DNA of 64,000 nucleotides from Pecten maximus (Eukaryota): NCBI RefSeq assembly GCF_902652985.1, contig NC_047028.1, positions 15,376,001 to 15,440,000 of the forward strand, read 5' to 3'. Shown piece by piece: positions 39,315 to 51,815 of this stretch (position 1 is its first letter; each line of letters starts with the position of its first letter). The notes under the pieces were generated by a model. It saw only the letters and a program-made list of their open reading frames with translations, ran no database searches and was not told where the DNA came from. The position numbers and the translations under genes were made by a program.

Positions 39315-40052
39315 GGCGACATCACACAAGAAAACACTTTGGTACGTAATAATGATGAACCCCCAAACAAAAGGTCAAAATCCGGCTCACTGGAGGCAAG
39401 AATTGCGTTTTTGGAAAGCTCCACATCACCAAAGGTTTCCGACATTAAAGAGAGGGTAAGGATACTTTGCCTTCAACCAGAACCAAGTAATTCCTTAATC
39501 CTTCTCACATTAGAGGAACTTGCAAAAGCAGCCAGGAGTGCTAACCATGAGGAGTCAGGTCTATACGAGGAACTTTTGAGACAAGTTCATAGACTACAGT
39601 CTAAGGTCTGCCTTCCAAATCTCTGTCTATCTGTCTTAGGGGGGAATGAGTCTGACAAGATATCAAAAGCTATTGCCAAGTGTATGAAGGATGTCATAGA
39701 CACAGCCAAAGAATCAAAGAAAGAGGCACCACTGGTAGGGAAAACACAAACCACTCTGTCGCCATTGGACAACTTGTATGTCACATCACCCCCACCAGGG
39801 GCAGGCCTGGCCCCTATGCCTTTTCCCCTGCAACAACATCCTAATCCTATGTATGGATCTTATCAGGGTTATGTTCAGCAAGGGTATGGTCAGCAGGGCT
39901 ATGGCCAAGGGTATGGTCAAGGGTATAGACATTATAGGAGGGGTGGTTTTAGGCACCCTGGGCAACGCCCTAGAGGAGCATGCCTGGTTTGTGACAGTAC
40001 AGCCCACCAGGTCAGAGATTGTCCAAAAGTAAAAGAGTTCAGGCAAAAGTAA
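39315..40052 (+). CDS. gag-like ORF1 of the YR retrotransposon, terminal exon (predicted upstream exons 37660-37809 and 38820-39011)
   Basis: Gly/Tyr/Gln-rich tract, RGG, and CX2CX4HX4C (CLVCDSTAHQVRDC) at the C-terminus. ttgttacag acceptor at 39314. Confidence 0.75.
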   Translation, partial: GDITQENTLVRNNDEPPNKRSKSGSLEARIAFLESSTSPKVSDIKERVRILCLQPEPSNSLILLTLEELAKAARSANHEESGLYEELLRQVHRLQSKVCLPNLCLSVLGGNESDKISKAIAKCMKDVIDTAKESKKEAPLVGKTQTTLSPLDNLYVTSPPPGAGLAPMPFPLQQHPNPMYGSYQGYVQQGYGQQGYGQGYGQGYRHYRRGGFRHPGQRPRGACLVCDSTAHQVRDCPKVKEFRQK

Positions 40053-40461
40053 TACTTGGAAGATTGCAAATTACAACAAATGTTCATATGTTTACAGTGT
40101 CAAATTATTTTTACCAGAAAGCAACTGGTTTGATAAAACTGTTTACTTAATTAATACTCAATAATTAAGATACTTGCTTTTGGTTTATATATGACCAATT
40201 GTGATGTATAATTGAAATGATCATGATGCTTGTAGTCCTACAGGGAGATATTATAGATGCATTGTACTAACATTATACTAGAGTTATGTATTGTCTTCTT
40301 AGTAAACTATTATAAATAGGTTAGCTTGTAAGTTATAATGGTACTTCCTCCTCTGCTGTCCAAAGGACACTGACGCCTTAGTGAGTTACACTCACGTGGG
40401 TAGCGGACGAGGGGGTTCCACTTATTTCAATGTTACTTATGCTGGTCCTGTTTTTTTAATT

Positions 40462-42696
40462 ATGCATACCTTCTGTGTATTACAGAGGTGCAGAGAGGAT
40501 GGCCGCTGTGATGGTGGAATTACAAAAAATTGTATACAGGTCCCAAAATGGGAACTTGAAAGTGGTTTTAATCCGACAAATATAAGGGTCCGACAAGAAC
40601 CAGCATGGGTGACATTGGATGGTGGAGCCTCTTTGTCCGATGCCCACGTAATGTCGCAACTAGACACGGACTACAATATTAGAAAGTTATCTTTAAGAGA
40701 CCCCTCAAAATTTGTGGCTGGTCAACTTCATTCTCACCTGTCTGATTGGAAGGATATTTTGCAGGGATATGATGATGAAGGGAGGAAAGTTATTACAGGG
40801 TGGCTAGAAAATGGTGTAGACATATATGACTTTTTTCATCATTTCAAAGGTAACTTCAAAGGTAGAGCTTTTGATAGTAGTACACCTCCAGTACAATACT
40901 TTCCTAACTCGAGACATTGTAGAGACCATGTAGACTTCATTGTGAAAGAGTTGTGTAATAGAATAGAGAGTGGTTCTCTCAGTCTCCTAGGTAAAGTTGG
41001 AGAGTGTGAACTACCAAAGGTCATCATGCCCTTACTAATCGAGCCCACTAAGCCTCGACTTTGCCATGATGAGAGGTACCTTAATCTGTGGATCAAAGAT
41101 CTCCCTTTCAAACTAGAAACTCTAAGGGATGTCCATAGAATGATTGAAAAGAATGCCTATATGATCACCCTTGACGAAAAATCAGGTTATGATCATATTC
41201 TGTTGTCAGAAAGGTCTCGCAATTATTTTGGCATTCAGTTCGGTGGTTTTATTATGACATACTGCACTTTGCCCTTTGGGTGGAAAGCCTCCCCATACGT
41301 GTACCAGTCTGTTGGAATGGTTGTAACAAATTACCTTCGAACAAAATCTATCTTGAATGCGCAGTATATTGATGATCGGTTAGGGGTTTCAGGACACAAT
41401 GGGGACAATCCATATATAGAGGCAAAGCAGATAGTGTATACTATGGTTCAGGTATTGACAAGGTTGGGCTATACTCTGGCACTGGATAAGTGTTCTCTGG
41501 AACCTGGCACAATTAAGAGGTTTCTCGGCTTCTTGATCAACTCCATTGATCAGGCTTATCTACTGCCTGATGACAAGAAAACTAAGTTTGCTAAACTCAG
41601 AGAAGAAATCCTATCGCACCCAGAGGTGGATGTCAGAACCTTGCAAAGGTTCTGCGGCAAATGTATATCCATGAATATAGCTGTACCTGGTTGCAAGCTT
41701 TTCTGCAGAGAAATGAACAGAGCTCTTTCTGTGGCTCTGAAGAACAGTAGGAAGATTCCAGTCACAGGTTCCGTTCGTGAGGAGCTTGAACACTGGTGCT
41801 TTTTTTTTTTTTTTACAATTGGGGAGGCTGTATGAAATGGAGACCAGAATACCACAAGTTAATTGAAATGTCCACTGATTCTTCAGGGTATCGTTATGGA
41901 GCGGTAGTAGCATTGGATGAGAGGGTGACTATAGGTGATTATTGGGGTGAAGGTGACAATCGACCAATCCACATCAAGGAGGCGGATGCAATTCTCCAAA
42001 CATTGGTTTCCCTGGGACGGCAACTGGAGAACTCGAGGGTTGACTTGAGGTGTGATAACATGGCAGTGGTTAGTGTTTGGGAAAAAGGGGGTGGCAGGGA
42101 TACTGCCCTAACTGACATCATGAAAGCAATCTTCCATCACACATCAACATTCAACATTGACCTGCACTTATCTTATGTGTCTTCAGTTATGAATGAGGCA
42201 GATACCCCATCTCGTGTCGTATCATTGGGGGACAGCATGCTAACTGAGAAGACATGGGAAATGGTTGAGGATGAATATGGTCCCCACTCTATTGACCTCA
42301 TGGCCTTGGATTCAAATGCAATGAAATCAAGGGAGGGTACTGCCCTAAAGCATTTTACCCCATGGCCCACTCCAAATTCATCAGGTGTAAATGTTTTCAC
42401 TCAGGATTTACGACGTGAGAGAAACCCTTATGTTTTTTCCCCCATTTGTACTTATATACCCAATACTATGTTTCCTGGAGGAACAAAAAGTTTCTGCTAC
42501 TGTGGTTCTTCCAAAGATTCAGCCATTACCAATATGGTGGCCAAAATTAAAAGAAATATCAGTAGGCCATCTCCTATTGGGTCCGAAAGGGGACATGGAA
42601 GTCCTGTATATTCCCTCGCGTAAGGGGTTTGTCCCTGATTTGAAAGGGTTGAGATGGCCATTATATGCATACAGAATTGCATTTGCCTGTACATAA
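40462..42696 (+). pseudogene. pol of the YR retrotransposon: RT, RNase H and DNA N6-adenine methylase-like domain, with two frameshifts
   Basis: RT: DEKSGYDHI, LPFGW, YIDD, FLGF. RNase H: TDSS, HIKEA, CDN, NEADTPSR. MT-like: IDLMALDSN, GVNVFTQ, YVF(P)PF, P..WWP. Frameshifts at poly-T ~41800-41814 and at ~42435. Confidence 0.88.
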
Positions 42697-42744
42697 CTCC
42701 AACATTGAGGTGCCTGGTTTATATATATTGATGGCCTGTTTCAG

Positions 42745-43963
42745 GAAGTTGAAGAGAAGCATGTGGATTGGCAAACTATTGATGATAGACTGACAGAGTT
42801 GGATCAAAGGCTAACGACAACTTCCGGGTACAAAAGGAAATCAAGTATATTGAAAAGTTTCTTGGAGTTCCTGTCCTTCTTGCCCAATGTTACGATGGAT
42901 AATTGCTCTCCCCAGGAAGTGAAAAAGTTTCTTGTTTGGAAGGATAGCTCGGGTAAAACCATTGTGCATAATATAGGTTGTGTAAATCTAGGTAGCAAGG
43001 AAGGAGATGAATGCTCCTGTCCTACACGACTGGCCTCCGGGACAGTTGAAGGGATTATCAATCAGCTGGTAGGTATATTTGATGTACATGGATATGGCAG
43101 GAGATGGGAATCCCATCTCTATGACTGGGAACCCAGCAGCATCTCCCTCAGTGTCAAGTTATTTGAAGTTAGTTCAGGAGGAACAAGCAAAGTCTCATGT
43201 TCTCCCGAAACAAGCCAAGCCAATCTTTTTGACAAAGATAAGAGCCATATCCTTGTTCATAAAAAGAGAACTAGGGAGGACAGATCTGTCCATGAAGGAT
43301 AGATACATCCTTAACCGAGACCAAGCTTGGTTCAAATTGCAGTTTTTTGCAGGAGACCGGGCCAGTGACCTCTCAGTCATTGTCACACAGGAAATCAAGG
43401 TCCTTAACGATAATTCGGGGTTAGTCTTTCAACACACATTTGGGAAAACACTGCGGGGTAGCAAGGGTAGGTCAAACACCTTCGTCATCAAACTATGTGA
43501 TGACAAGTTAGTCTGTCCAGTGAGAGGTCTACTAGATTTTCTCCAGTTTGCAAAATCTAGTGGGGTCGACCTCACAACAGGTTACCTCTTTCGAGTGGTT
43601 TCTGATAGTGGCAGGGTCCTTGATAAGCATGTGAGCTATTCAGTGGTGTATGAAAGGCTCCGCTATTATCTCGTTGTGCTAGGATTGTATGAGGGGGAAA
43701 CCCCTCATAGTTTCAGATCAGGATGTGCTGTTACTATGGCACTCTCGGGTTCAGTTGACCGTGCTGAACAAATGATGACTCACTTGGGTTGGTTCACTAA
43801 GGAGAGTGCAGAGTATTACGGGCGGCTGCACACAATGGCAGATTCTGCATTAGTTGCATCAAAATTGGCTAAAACAACAATGGATGCAAGCAAAATTGAG
43901 GAAGTATTCAATACGAATGCTAATTTCGCATCATTGAAAATGTTAAAAGATTTTTTAGGTTAA
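42745..43963 (+). pseudogene. Tyrosine recombinase (YR) of the retrotransposon, one frameshift
   Basis: Catalytic residues GDR, HSFR, HLGW and YY; CPVR motif. A 1 bp insertion near 43107 joins ORFs 42763-43302 and 43079-43963. Confidence 0.88.
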
Positions 43964-44899
43964 TCTGGTCAGGTACCCATTTTCTAGTCAACTTTTGAGT
44001 GTTTCGATACGCTTTATAGTCAATTTGAATAGTTCCCTGTACCATTTACCACATTTTATTTAGGTAGTAAAATGGGTTAATACAATTGCTTTATGAGAAA
44101 GGGTCAATTGTGTGAAGGCATATGAATACTGGATGACTATCTACAATGTTTTAAATTACTATTAACTTGAGTGAGTGTATGATTTATTTCAGTGTTTTTT
44201 TTAAATACTTGTGGTTTATACGGTGAACAATGTCTTATTATGTATCAAAAAAAAAGTTTTGGTAATGTTCAAGGCAAGAAATTCTTATGTATTTAATGTA
44301 TTTGATTCAAATTAATTAGTAAAGAGGATATGATTTTGTATTATAACCTTTGACTATGCTCATTATATGGTTTATATACTTTATAAATAACTGTTCAGTG
44401 CAACCATTAACTAATCAATACTTTTCGTAGCATTGCAGTAATTATGTTGATTAAGGAAAATTATCAATACCGTGCTGCCGATATTTGAAGAAGATAACTA
44501 GTGAAAAATCTGTGTTTGAAGCTCGAGTGAGATAGTCCAGCGGGAACCTCAAACATATTTCCTTCATCAGTTAACTCGACCCTTGACATTCATATTCAAA
44601 GCAGTGTATTAATTGATTGCCCAGGATCCCCAGGACTCCACCTCCCTCACAAAAACACTCAAAGTTAGTTCCGCATATCAACGAGCTAAACAAGCTTGAA
44701 TGGCAATAGTCTTTGAGTCGAATCAGTGTAAAGGGGACCTTAGGGTCAATTACAAAGGTGACCCCCTCATCTCCGGAAATAACCCCTCATCTCCGGAAAT
44801 AATGGGAGGAATAAGAGTGAATGAAGAATCAGAACAGGCCTTAGTTATCAAATGACTCTTGAAATAACCAACAGAGGAAGACAGGATTACATTCAAAAT

Positions 44900-46560
44900 T
44901 CAAGACTTTTTATTGGAACTCAGGTACAATATTGTTTGAAACAAGAGGTCAAATAAAATTAGAACAGCATAATAAAATATATAAGGTAACACAGAATAGT
45001 GAAAAACATATTTCTCGTACATTTAGACATACCTTATACACTACACAAAAGGAGAAACTAGCTGGCTGAAGACGACACCTGTCCCGAATTGCTAACACTT
45101 GGCAAGTTGGTTTGATGGAAGTGCATGCACTGCCCTCCAAAAGTCCTGTTACAATTATTAAAAAAAATACAGCGAAGTTAATCTCGAAGTCTTTATTACA
45201 ATTTCTTAGATCATAACTTCTTAGGATGTTTTTGTTCATGATTTCAAATGTTCATGTTCATTTTTCAACAGTGCATATGTTTTGTTACAATGGAAATCCT
45301 CAAAATGCACCACTCTGGAATTTTAACTGTTAATCAGTTAAACTTTTACTTTTATTTGTGTCGGGAAAAAAACCCCCATATTTTATTAATTTTTGAACAT
45401 TATGAAAAATAGGACCCTCCATTCCCTCTCCCTGCAACTTCAAAGAAGTGAGGTATTTTTCAAATAATTTGCAATCGTCACTTACAAATGGACTATCCTA
45501 CGGATATTACAACACTTTTTTCTTAGATTTTGTTGGCTAGCCATTCGATTTAAACGTTCCAAGTGTAACAGAACTTTTGGAGGGCAGTGTATTTCACCCA
45601 GTAGTAACTGAATATCCGGGTCAAAGGCTGCGGAAGACTTTGTTGCTAAATTAGACTTCTGAGGTATTAAGAAGAAAGCGAACAAAATTTGCAGGTTCCT
45701 CATCTGTATATTGCATATTAAGAACAGCAAAACTCTTTATGTACGAGGAGTGCTAGCCAGGGTCCTTCAAAGTTAGTGGGAATTAGTTCTACTTAGCCCA
45801 TTAAACAGTAGTTTTAAATGAGTTGACAGTTCATATCCGGACGTGGTTCGTTCAAGAATAAATGACGTAATTAAACCCCATTACAGTAATTCAGTTGCTG
45901 TAGATTAAAATGATCTACTTAGAAAGTGTACGACGAAGAACCTCACCTCAGCCGCGGCTGGTGCCTTCCACTGCGTTTGTAAGTTTTTATTTGTTACCTC
46001 AGCAAAGATCGCTCTAGTCGACAACTGTATATTCAGTTTTTACTATTGCCGTTCAAATTCTCTTAAAAACCAAACAACATAAGACAAGAGACACTGGGTA
46101 GTACTACTAGCCATGGAGTAATTGAAGATCTCCGACTTAATGACCGATTCTGATGTACTTGTATTCCTGGTTAGGTCCCTAATTTTTCCAAAACACTCTC
46201 TGTATCCTAAAGGGCCACTAGATATGGTAATTTGTTATCCTGAACAGCGAACTGGTCTCAAACTTCCAACATGCTGCAAGGTACACGAGCTCTCGCAAAC
46301 AACTCTGCATCAAGGACTCATTGTGTACTCAGAACCTAAGACTACGTCAGAAGCGTCTTTATCACAAATTATCTACAAACGCTCACATGCAAACTTGCTG
46401 GCCCTTAACTTGATAGCTACAGCCACTGTTAACATTTCTAATGTGTTGATAGGCGACACTCAAAACCAGTGGAGGAGACTTAAAGTGGAAAAGCTCTGAA
46501 AGCCCACATCATACCCACAACCGATCCGACCACGTCAGCTTGTTGTGACAAGTGAAAAAA
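44900..46560 (-). mobile_element. Highly degenerate second YR retrotransposon (Ngaro-like) relic
   Basis: Minus-strand translation gives RNase H-like INTLEMLTVAVAIKL..IICD..MQSCLRELVYLAA (~46270-46460), YR N-terminus FAEVTNKNLQTQWKA (~45962-46008) and YR core LFAFFLIPQKSNL...FDP (~45600-45690). Confidence 0.6.
45128..45589. mobile_element. Tc1/mariner-type MITE with 26 bp TIRs
   Basis: cactgccctccaaaagtcctgttaca ... tgtaacagaacttttggagggcagtg followed by TA. Confidence 0.8.
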
Positions 46561-46689
46561 ACACCCACTGAAAAACCGAAGTGTATTCATTTTGAAAAAT
46601 CTTTAATTTTATCTTGAATAACCGCTCCTAAATAGAATATCATTAATGAAAATGTTTGATTTGTCCACTTTTTACACTGCCATTCCTTA

Positions 46690-48660
46690 TTCCAAATTGA
46701 AGGATTACCTTGAATGCAAAGAGTCTCTACCAAAGGCTATCACTCACAATTCAAAGTTGTAAATGCAGAGATACCTCAAGGATCAGTTCTTGGACCTCTT
46801 CTCTTTCTCCTCTATATAAATGACATCACTGATAATGTTTCAACTAATATCAAACTTTTTGCAGAATATACTTCTTTGTATGTAATAATAAATGAGAATC
46901 CAGCACAAGCAGCACAAGATCTAGCAGATGATCTCTCTAATATTGGCGAATGGGCAGGTATTTGGGACATTAAATTTAACCCTAACAAAACTAAATCAGT
47001 TATCTTTTCAAGGAAACACAACAAAAATCACCCTCCAATAACTTTCCAAAATAGACAAATTACAGACACAGCAGTTCACAAACATCTTGGACTTACACTA
47101 CAAGAAGACGCAACACGGAAAGAACATATCCTTAATACATATAGAAAAGCATACAGTAGATGAAATATTCTTCGATACATAAAATCCAAAGTGAATCGTA
47201 AGTCTTTAATCAAAATTTACACAGCATTTATAAGTCCAATTTTAGAATATGCTGACATAATCTGGGATAACTGCACACACCAATCAAAACAATTATTAGA
47301 ATCTGTTCAGTTAGAAGCAGCCAGAATCATTACAGGACTCAGATCAGGAACATCACACACTAAATTATATGAAGAAATTGGCTGGAAATCAGATAAAAGA
47401 AATAAACACAAACACATAATGATTTACAAAATAATTCATGGACTATCACCACAATACTTGCAAGATATCCTTATCCCTTTTATTAACAACCAAAATGATA
47501 ACCCCTATTCCCTAAGACAATCACGACTATTCAATCCTCTATGCAGAACTAACAATTACTTCGACAGTTTCTTCCCCCAAATGTCCCAAACAACTAACAA
47601 TGCTAATCCTGACCTCTTCAACTCTTCTTCTCTAGCAGCTTAAATGCAAACTTGATAATGATATTAATGCTGAATGTGAGTCACTGCACATTTTCAAATT
47701 TGAAGGAAATAGAAAGGCCAATATCATTATTTGTCAGCTTAGAAATTCATGTAGCAATTTAAATTTTGATTTATTTAATGATCATTTATTAAACTCTCCC
47801 ACCTGTGCCTGTGATATTGAAAATGAAACTGCTTCAAATTATTTCTTTGAATGTCCTATGTATAATAATATTAGACATTCTCTGCTTACTGCAGTAGATA
47901 GTTATGCAAATCATAATCATTCTATTATTAACACTTTCTTACAAGGTTGCCCTGACTGTGATAAGCTTGTGAATATACAAATATTAAATGATGTTCAATT
48001 GTTCATTGGTAAATCGAGACGCTTTAATCTCTATATGCTTTAAATATATAAGCCATGATATTATATATATATATATATTATATATTATTATATTATATTG
48101 TATTGTCCTGTGTTATATTATATATATACCTTATATTTTAACAAAATATGGGATATATGATATAATATAAGTGTAATATAGTAATTTATACATTCATTTT
48201 TTGTTCCATTTTCTAACTGAAAATGTATAAGTATACATGTCCTGAAAGATCTCTCCATCCTCATTGGTCACATTTGTCATTAGTTGAGTATGTTAAGTCT
48301 TGTATATATATGAAGTATAGCGTCTGTTTTGATTGATAGTAATTTTTCTGACAGGCACGACCTGTGCATACATGCACATGGAGTTTGGTCAATGCCTGTC
48401 AATGCCTGATTCTTATAGATAAAGTTCATATTAAATATTTTATTATCAAATATTATGTATACATGTATATATAATCCAAATGTATGAATGATGTGTGAAT
48501 TTTTATGTTTGAGTTATCTCCCTTAAATGTTAGTTATACATGTAATTTTTTCATTTCATAGTAAATTTATATATGTAACTTTATATTAATGCAATCCAAT
48601 TGCCACCATAGGAGAAAATTTATATAGACTTGGCCTGTTATTTAATCCTTTTGATTAATA
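46690..48660 (+). mobile_element. Decayed 5'-truncated LINE (CR1/L2-like)
   Basis: IPQGSVLGPLLFLLYIND, HKHLGL, ISPILEYADIIWD, QLEAARIITG, ..KSRRF, with stops and frameshifts. Tail ggaga..aatcc near 48611-48650. Confidence 0.88.
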
Positions 48661-48699
48661 CCATCAAATGTCAATAAAATTTGTTGAAATGAAAATTAC

Positions 48700-49190
48700 C
48701 TTCGTTCTTTTTTGATGAAAGCATTCTTTTTCCAGGCGAATGGCGTTGTGGTGATATTGTTGTGGACTATACGGGAGTATATTTCGATATACACCGATGA
48801 TAAAATAGTGAGAATAATTGAATTTCTGATCTATGACATCTTTGTTGAGTTGGTGAAGGATATCTTCCAAAAGACTATTGGTTTACTAATTGAAACATAC
48901 TTTGCCCCTCTGTTGGCTGGTTTGTTTTCGTATTACACGAGAAAGATATATTGAAGAATTTATCGGAACAGGTAATAAATGTCACGAACATTCACTCAAT
49001 TTTACCTACAGAAAGGTATAGGTATATTGGCGATGTGATTTCTTTACATAATAAAAACTATATTGACCATGTTGATCGGATATACCCTGTCGACATGAAA
49101 ACAAAGACATTACAGACTCGGTCACTTATTGTAACCTACAGGGATAGCTTACAATTAAGCTCTATGATAAGCGTGTCGATTCTCCATTTG
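48700..49190 (+). mobile_element. Degenerate Penelope-like RT fragment
   Basis: IIEFLIYDIFV..IFQKTIG...APLLAGLF and RYIGDVISLHN resemble the PLE RT motifs (FLIDNIFV..FQQ.IGIPMG..APLLADLFL; RYIDD). Confidence 0.6.
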
Positions 49191-49826
49191 TAGAATGTAA
49201 AAAATAAAATAAAATAAAATAAAATAAAAAAAAAAATTAAAAAAATCCCTGATTACCCTACCCCTGTATAATGTCGATATGCCTTGTTGTTTCTAACTAC
49301 CAGCCCGTATGTCGATATCTCGCCATTTATTTTTACATCAGTTGAAACTTCATAATATCACAGTGACATATAAGCATAGTTAAAAGCAATAAACAGAACA
49401 CTTTTTCAAAACGTTAGTCTTCATGAATCTATCTACAGATAACACACAAACACTAAAACAAAATCATCTAAGAGTTAGGCACACATGGAAAACTACTTGT
49501 TAACAAAACGGAAAGCCACATCCAAATCCAATTCAGGAGTCATAAAAGACGTACCCATGCAGTTTCTGTGCGTCAACAAACGACGGAAGCTATATCTAAG
49601 TCGCTTTATACATGCATTATTCTATGTAAATGGAGCCCGCACATCACATTGACAGGTGTACAAGATTAAATTTTAGCTTTGCTACAATGTATTCTACAAT
49701 GTTCACCCACTAGGGCTTTTGAATTCGCTGAAGTTTATAACATTTTTGACACTGAAAAATACCCGAAAGAGTTAATGCTGTTCGAAAGAATTATGTTTAC
49801 CGGAAGGCATGCTGTATACACGTAAT

Positions 49827-51815
49827 TCAGTAGAACTGATATACATGTATATCGTTACAATTTCGTGCTGATTGGTTGGTTACTACGAATTTGTCCCCAT
49901 ATACAGATATAGCCCTGGGTTTGTTGATACCGTCCTTTGACGTCAGAAGCTCTCTGATCCGTGTCCCATATACAGACAACTGTACAATGTTGTTGGATCC
50001 TTGACCACAGACGTACAGATTCCCCTCACGGTCTATGTCTATCCCCATAGCTCCATTGACTAATCCCAAACGCAAAACACATTTATGCACATCCGAGGAC
50101 AGTTTGAAAACCGCGATTTCATCTGCGTTAGATACTACCAGACTGGCTAATGTGACTTTTCTGTCTGGACTACAGGAGAGATGACAGCATGACTCCGGGA
50201 ATGTGTCAACTTTTTCTGTCTTACCTTCCATTGTAACTCTATAAACATCGTTTGGCGTACTCACCGTGAATTTCCCATCTAGGAACACGATACCATAATA
50301 GTTTTCGATTCCTGGCACTTTGATCACTTTCGATAGAGTCAGCACTGAGTCCTGAACCTTTACGACATGTATGCCGGCATTGTAAGAAGAGACAGCGACA
50401 GCTAGTGTGTTGTCATCCACTAAACACAGATCACGCGGGAAGCCATCGGTTGTCAAAACATTCAAACACTGTCCCTCGAAAGAAAATAATTTTATATGAA
50501 GGTTTTGAAAATCAGATATAACCATATTGCCATTCGCCATTAACAAAACCCCGCGGGCATTACAATTTTTCTTATCAGACGGGACCTTGATGGTATACTT
50601 TCTTAATTTCCTGACGCGACTGTTAGAAAGCATGGTATGGTTTTGAACGTACTCTACCCCGTCAGGTATGGTACACGGATCCTCCTCAACAAGGATTGTG
50701 CCAAGGGTCAATGGACTGGTCTGGTCAATTGTAACCAGGCTTGGGTCAACATTGTGTTTTACACTGACTGACTTGGATGATATGTCGTCGATCAGATCGT
50801 TACAAGCCCCAATCTCTGTCTGACCTCGATGGAGCAGTTGTATCATCTCGATGTTGTCGTCAATCCGAGCTGCTGTCCTGGACGCTTCCCTTGTATTCTG
50901 AATGGCAGCCCTCAGTCTACTACACTTTTGTCTGGATACATCAACCTTGGCTTTCTCAGCTTTGTATTTAGATATCAAATCTTCAGTTATCTCCTCCTGT
51001 TTTTTGTCTAGATGGTTGTTAATTTTTTGTCGCAGGTCTGAAATACTCTTCAAGCCCAAATCTTGGTCTTGCTGTAGAGATTCCTCCTGATCGCCACAAG
51101 CTTTGTCCATCAGTTCCATACAGTTGAACGCCTTTCCGAGAGACTTGTCCATGTCGTCAAGACTGGAGTTATCTCTTTGCATTGCACAGTACTCTTTGGT
51201 TGTCATCACTGTGATACAACGCCTATGCGCTGTGATAATACATCTGTTACATCCTATAAACTTATGATCTTTACAGTACCAGTCAATTTGCTCTTTGTGT
51301 TTGGAACATGCCTTTGATAAAGGTTGCTTCCATGCCATGCCTTCGATGGAAATAATGTCACATACTTCGTGAAAGAAATCATGTGCATTCGTCTTACAGA
51401 AATCGCAAAACAACATTCCATTTTGTTTACACATATGTTTCGCTTGTGTTTCAATATTTTTTGTCCTTTTACAATATCCACAATACAGTTGAGTGTCTGA
51501 CATCACCTTGGAATGAACGAGGCTGTTGACTGGAAACTGCCGTGCCCAAGTCTCCTTACTCTCAGAGGGATCGACTGGTGATGTGATCTTCCTACAGACC
51601 GGACAGGGGAATGAGGTCGCGGCGGCCATCTCACCTGACATGTCTGTGACGATGTAGGTACCGAGACATTCCTCACAGAAGGAATGTAAACAAGGAAGAG
51701 ACTTCGGTTCTCGCATCTGCTCCAGGCAAATAGGACATTCGAGATGTGGACAGGCGCATAACTCAGTGTTATTATCGTTCCCTTTCTTCTCGTGTGGAGG
51801 TCCACCTTCCGCCAT
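49827..51815 (-). CDS. TRIM-like E3 ubiquitin ligase 2, 662 aa (start MAEGG)
   Basis: Same architecture as TRIM 1. The acceptor ccattttcag at 51842-51843 makes the longer ORF-track start intronic. Confidence 0.92.
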   Translation of the reverse strand: MAEGGPPHEKKGNDNNTELCACPHLECPICLEQMREPKSLPCLHSFCEECLGTYIVTDMSGEMAAATSFPCPVCRKITSPVDPSESKETWARQFPVNSLVHSKVMSDTQLYCGYCKRTKNIETQAKHMCKQNGMLFCDFCKTNAHDFFHEVCDIISIEGMAWKQPLSKACSKHKEQIDWYCKDHKFIGCNRCIITAHRRCITVMTTKEYCAMQRDNSSLDDMDKSLGKAFNCMELMDKACGDQEESLQQDQDLGLKSISDLRQKINNHLDKKQEEITEDLISKYKAEKAKVDVSRQKCSRLRAAIQNTREASRTAARIDDNIEMIQLLHRGQTEIGACNDLIDDISSKSVSVKHNVDPSLVTIDQTSPLTLGTILVEEDPCTIPDGVEYVQNHTMLSNSRVRKLRKYTIKVPSDKKNCNARGVLLMANGNMVISDFQNLHIKLFSFEGQCLNVLTTDGFPRDLCLVDDNTLAVAVSSYNAGIHVVKVQDSVLTLSKVIKVPGIENYYGIVFLDGKFTVSTPNDVYRVTMEGKTEKVDTFPESCCHLSCSPDRKVTLASLVVSNADEIAVFKLSSDVHKCVLRLGLVNGAMGIDIDREGNLYVCGQGSNNIVQLSVYGTRIRELLTSKDGINKPRAISVYGDKFVVTNQSARNCNDIHVYQFY

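Larger units (their letters stand above)
37090..44600 (+). mobile_element. DIRS/PAT-like tyrosine-recombinase retrotransposon (gag-like, RT-RNaseH-methylase-like, YR), mildly decayed; termini not resolved
   Basis: Sequential gag-like ORF with CCHC knuckle, RT (LPFG, YIDD), RNase H, MT-like domain and YR. Upstream spliced exons are predicted. Boundaries are approximate. Confidence 0.85.

Noticed and set aside
44555-44575. Hammerhead-like CTGATGA..GAAA on the minus strand
   Set aside because: Stem II is too short and no convincing stems I or III were found.
36700-44950. Terminal repeats (ITR/ICR or split direct repeats) of the YR element
   Set aside because: I could not find matching terminal copies by eye, so superfamily and exact ends are left open.
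44949-45239. Possible minus-strand host exon
   Set aside because: The apparent acceptor is within a MITE TIR, and the flanks belong to a decayed retroelement.
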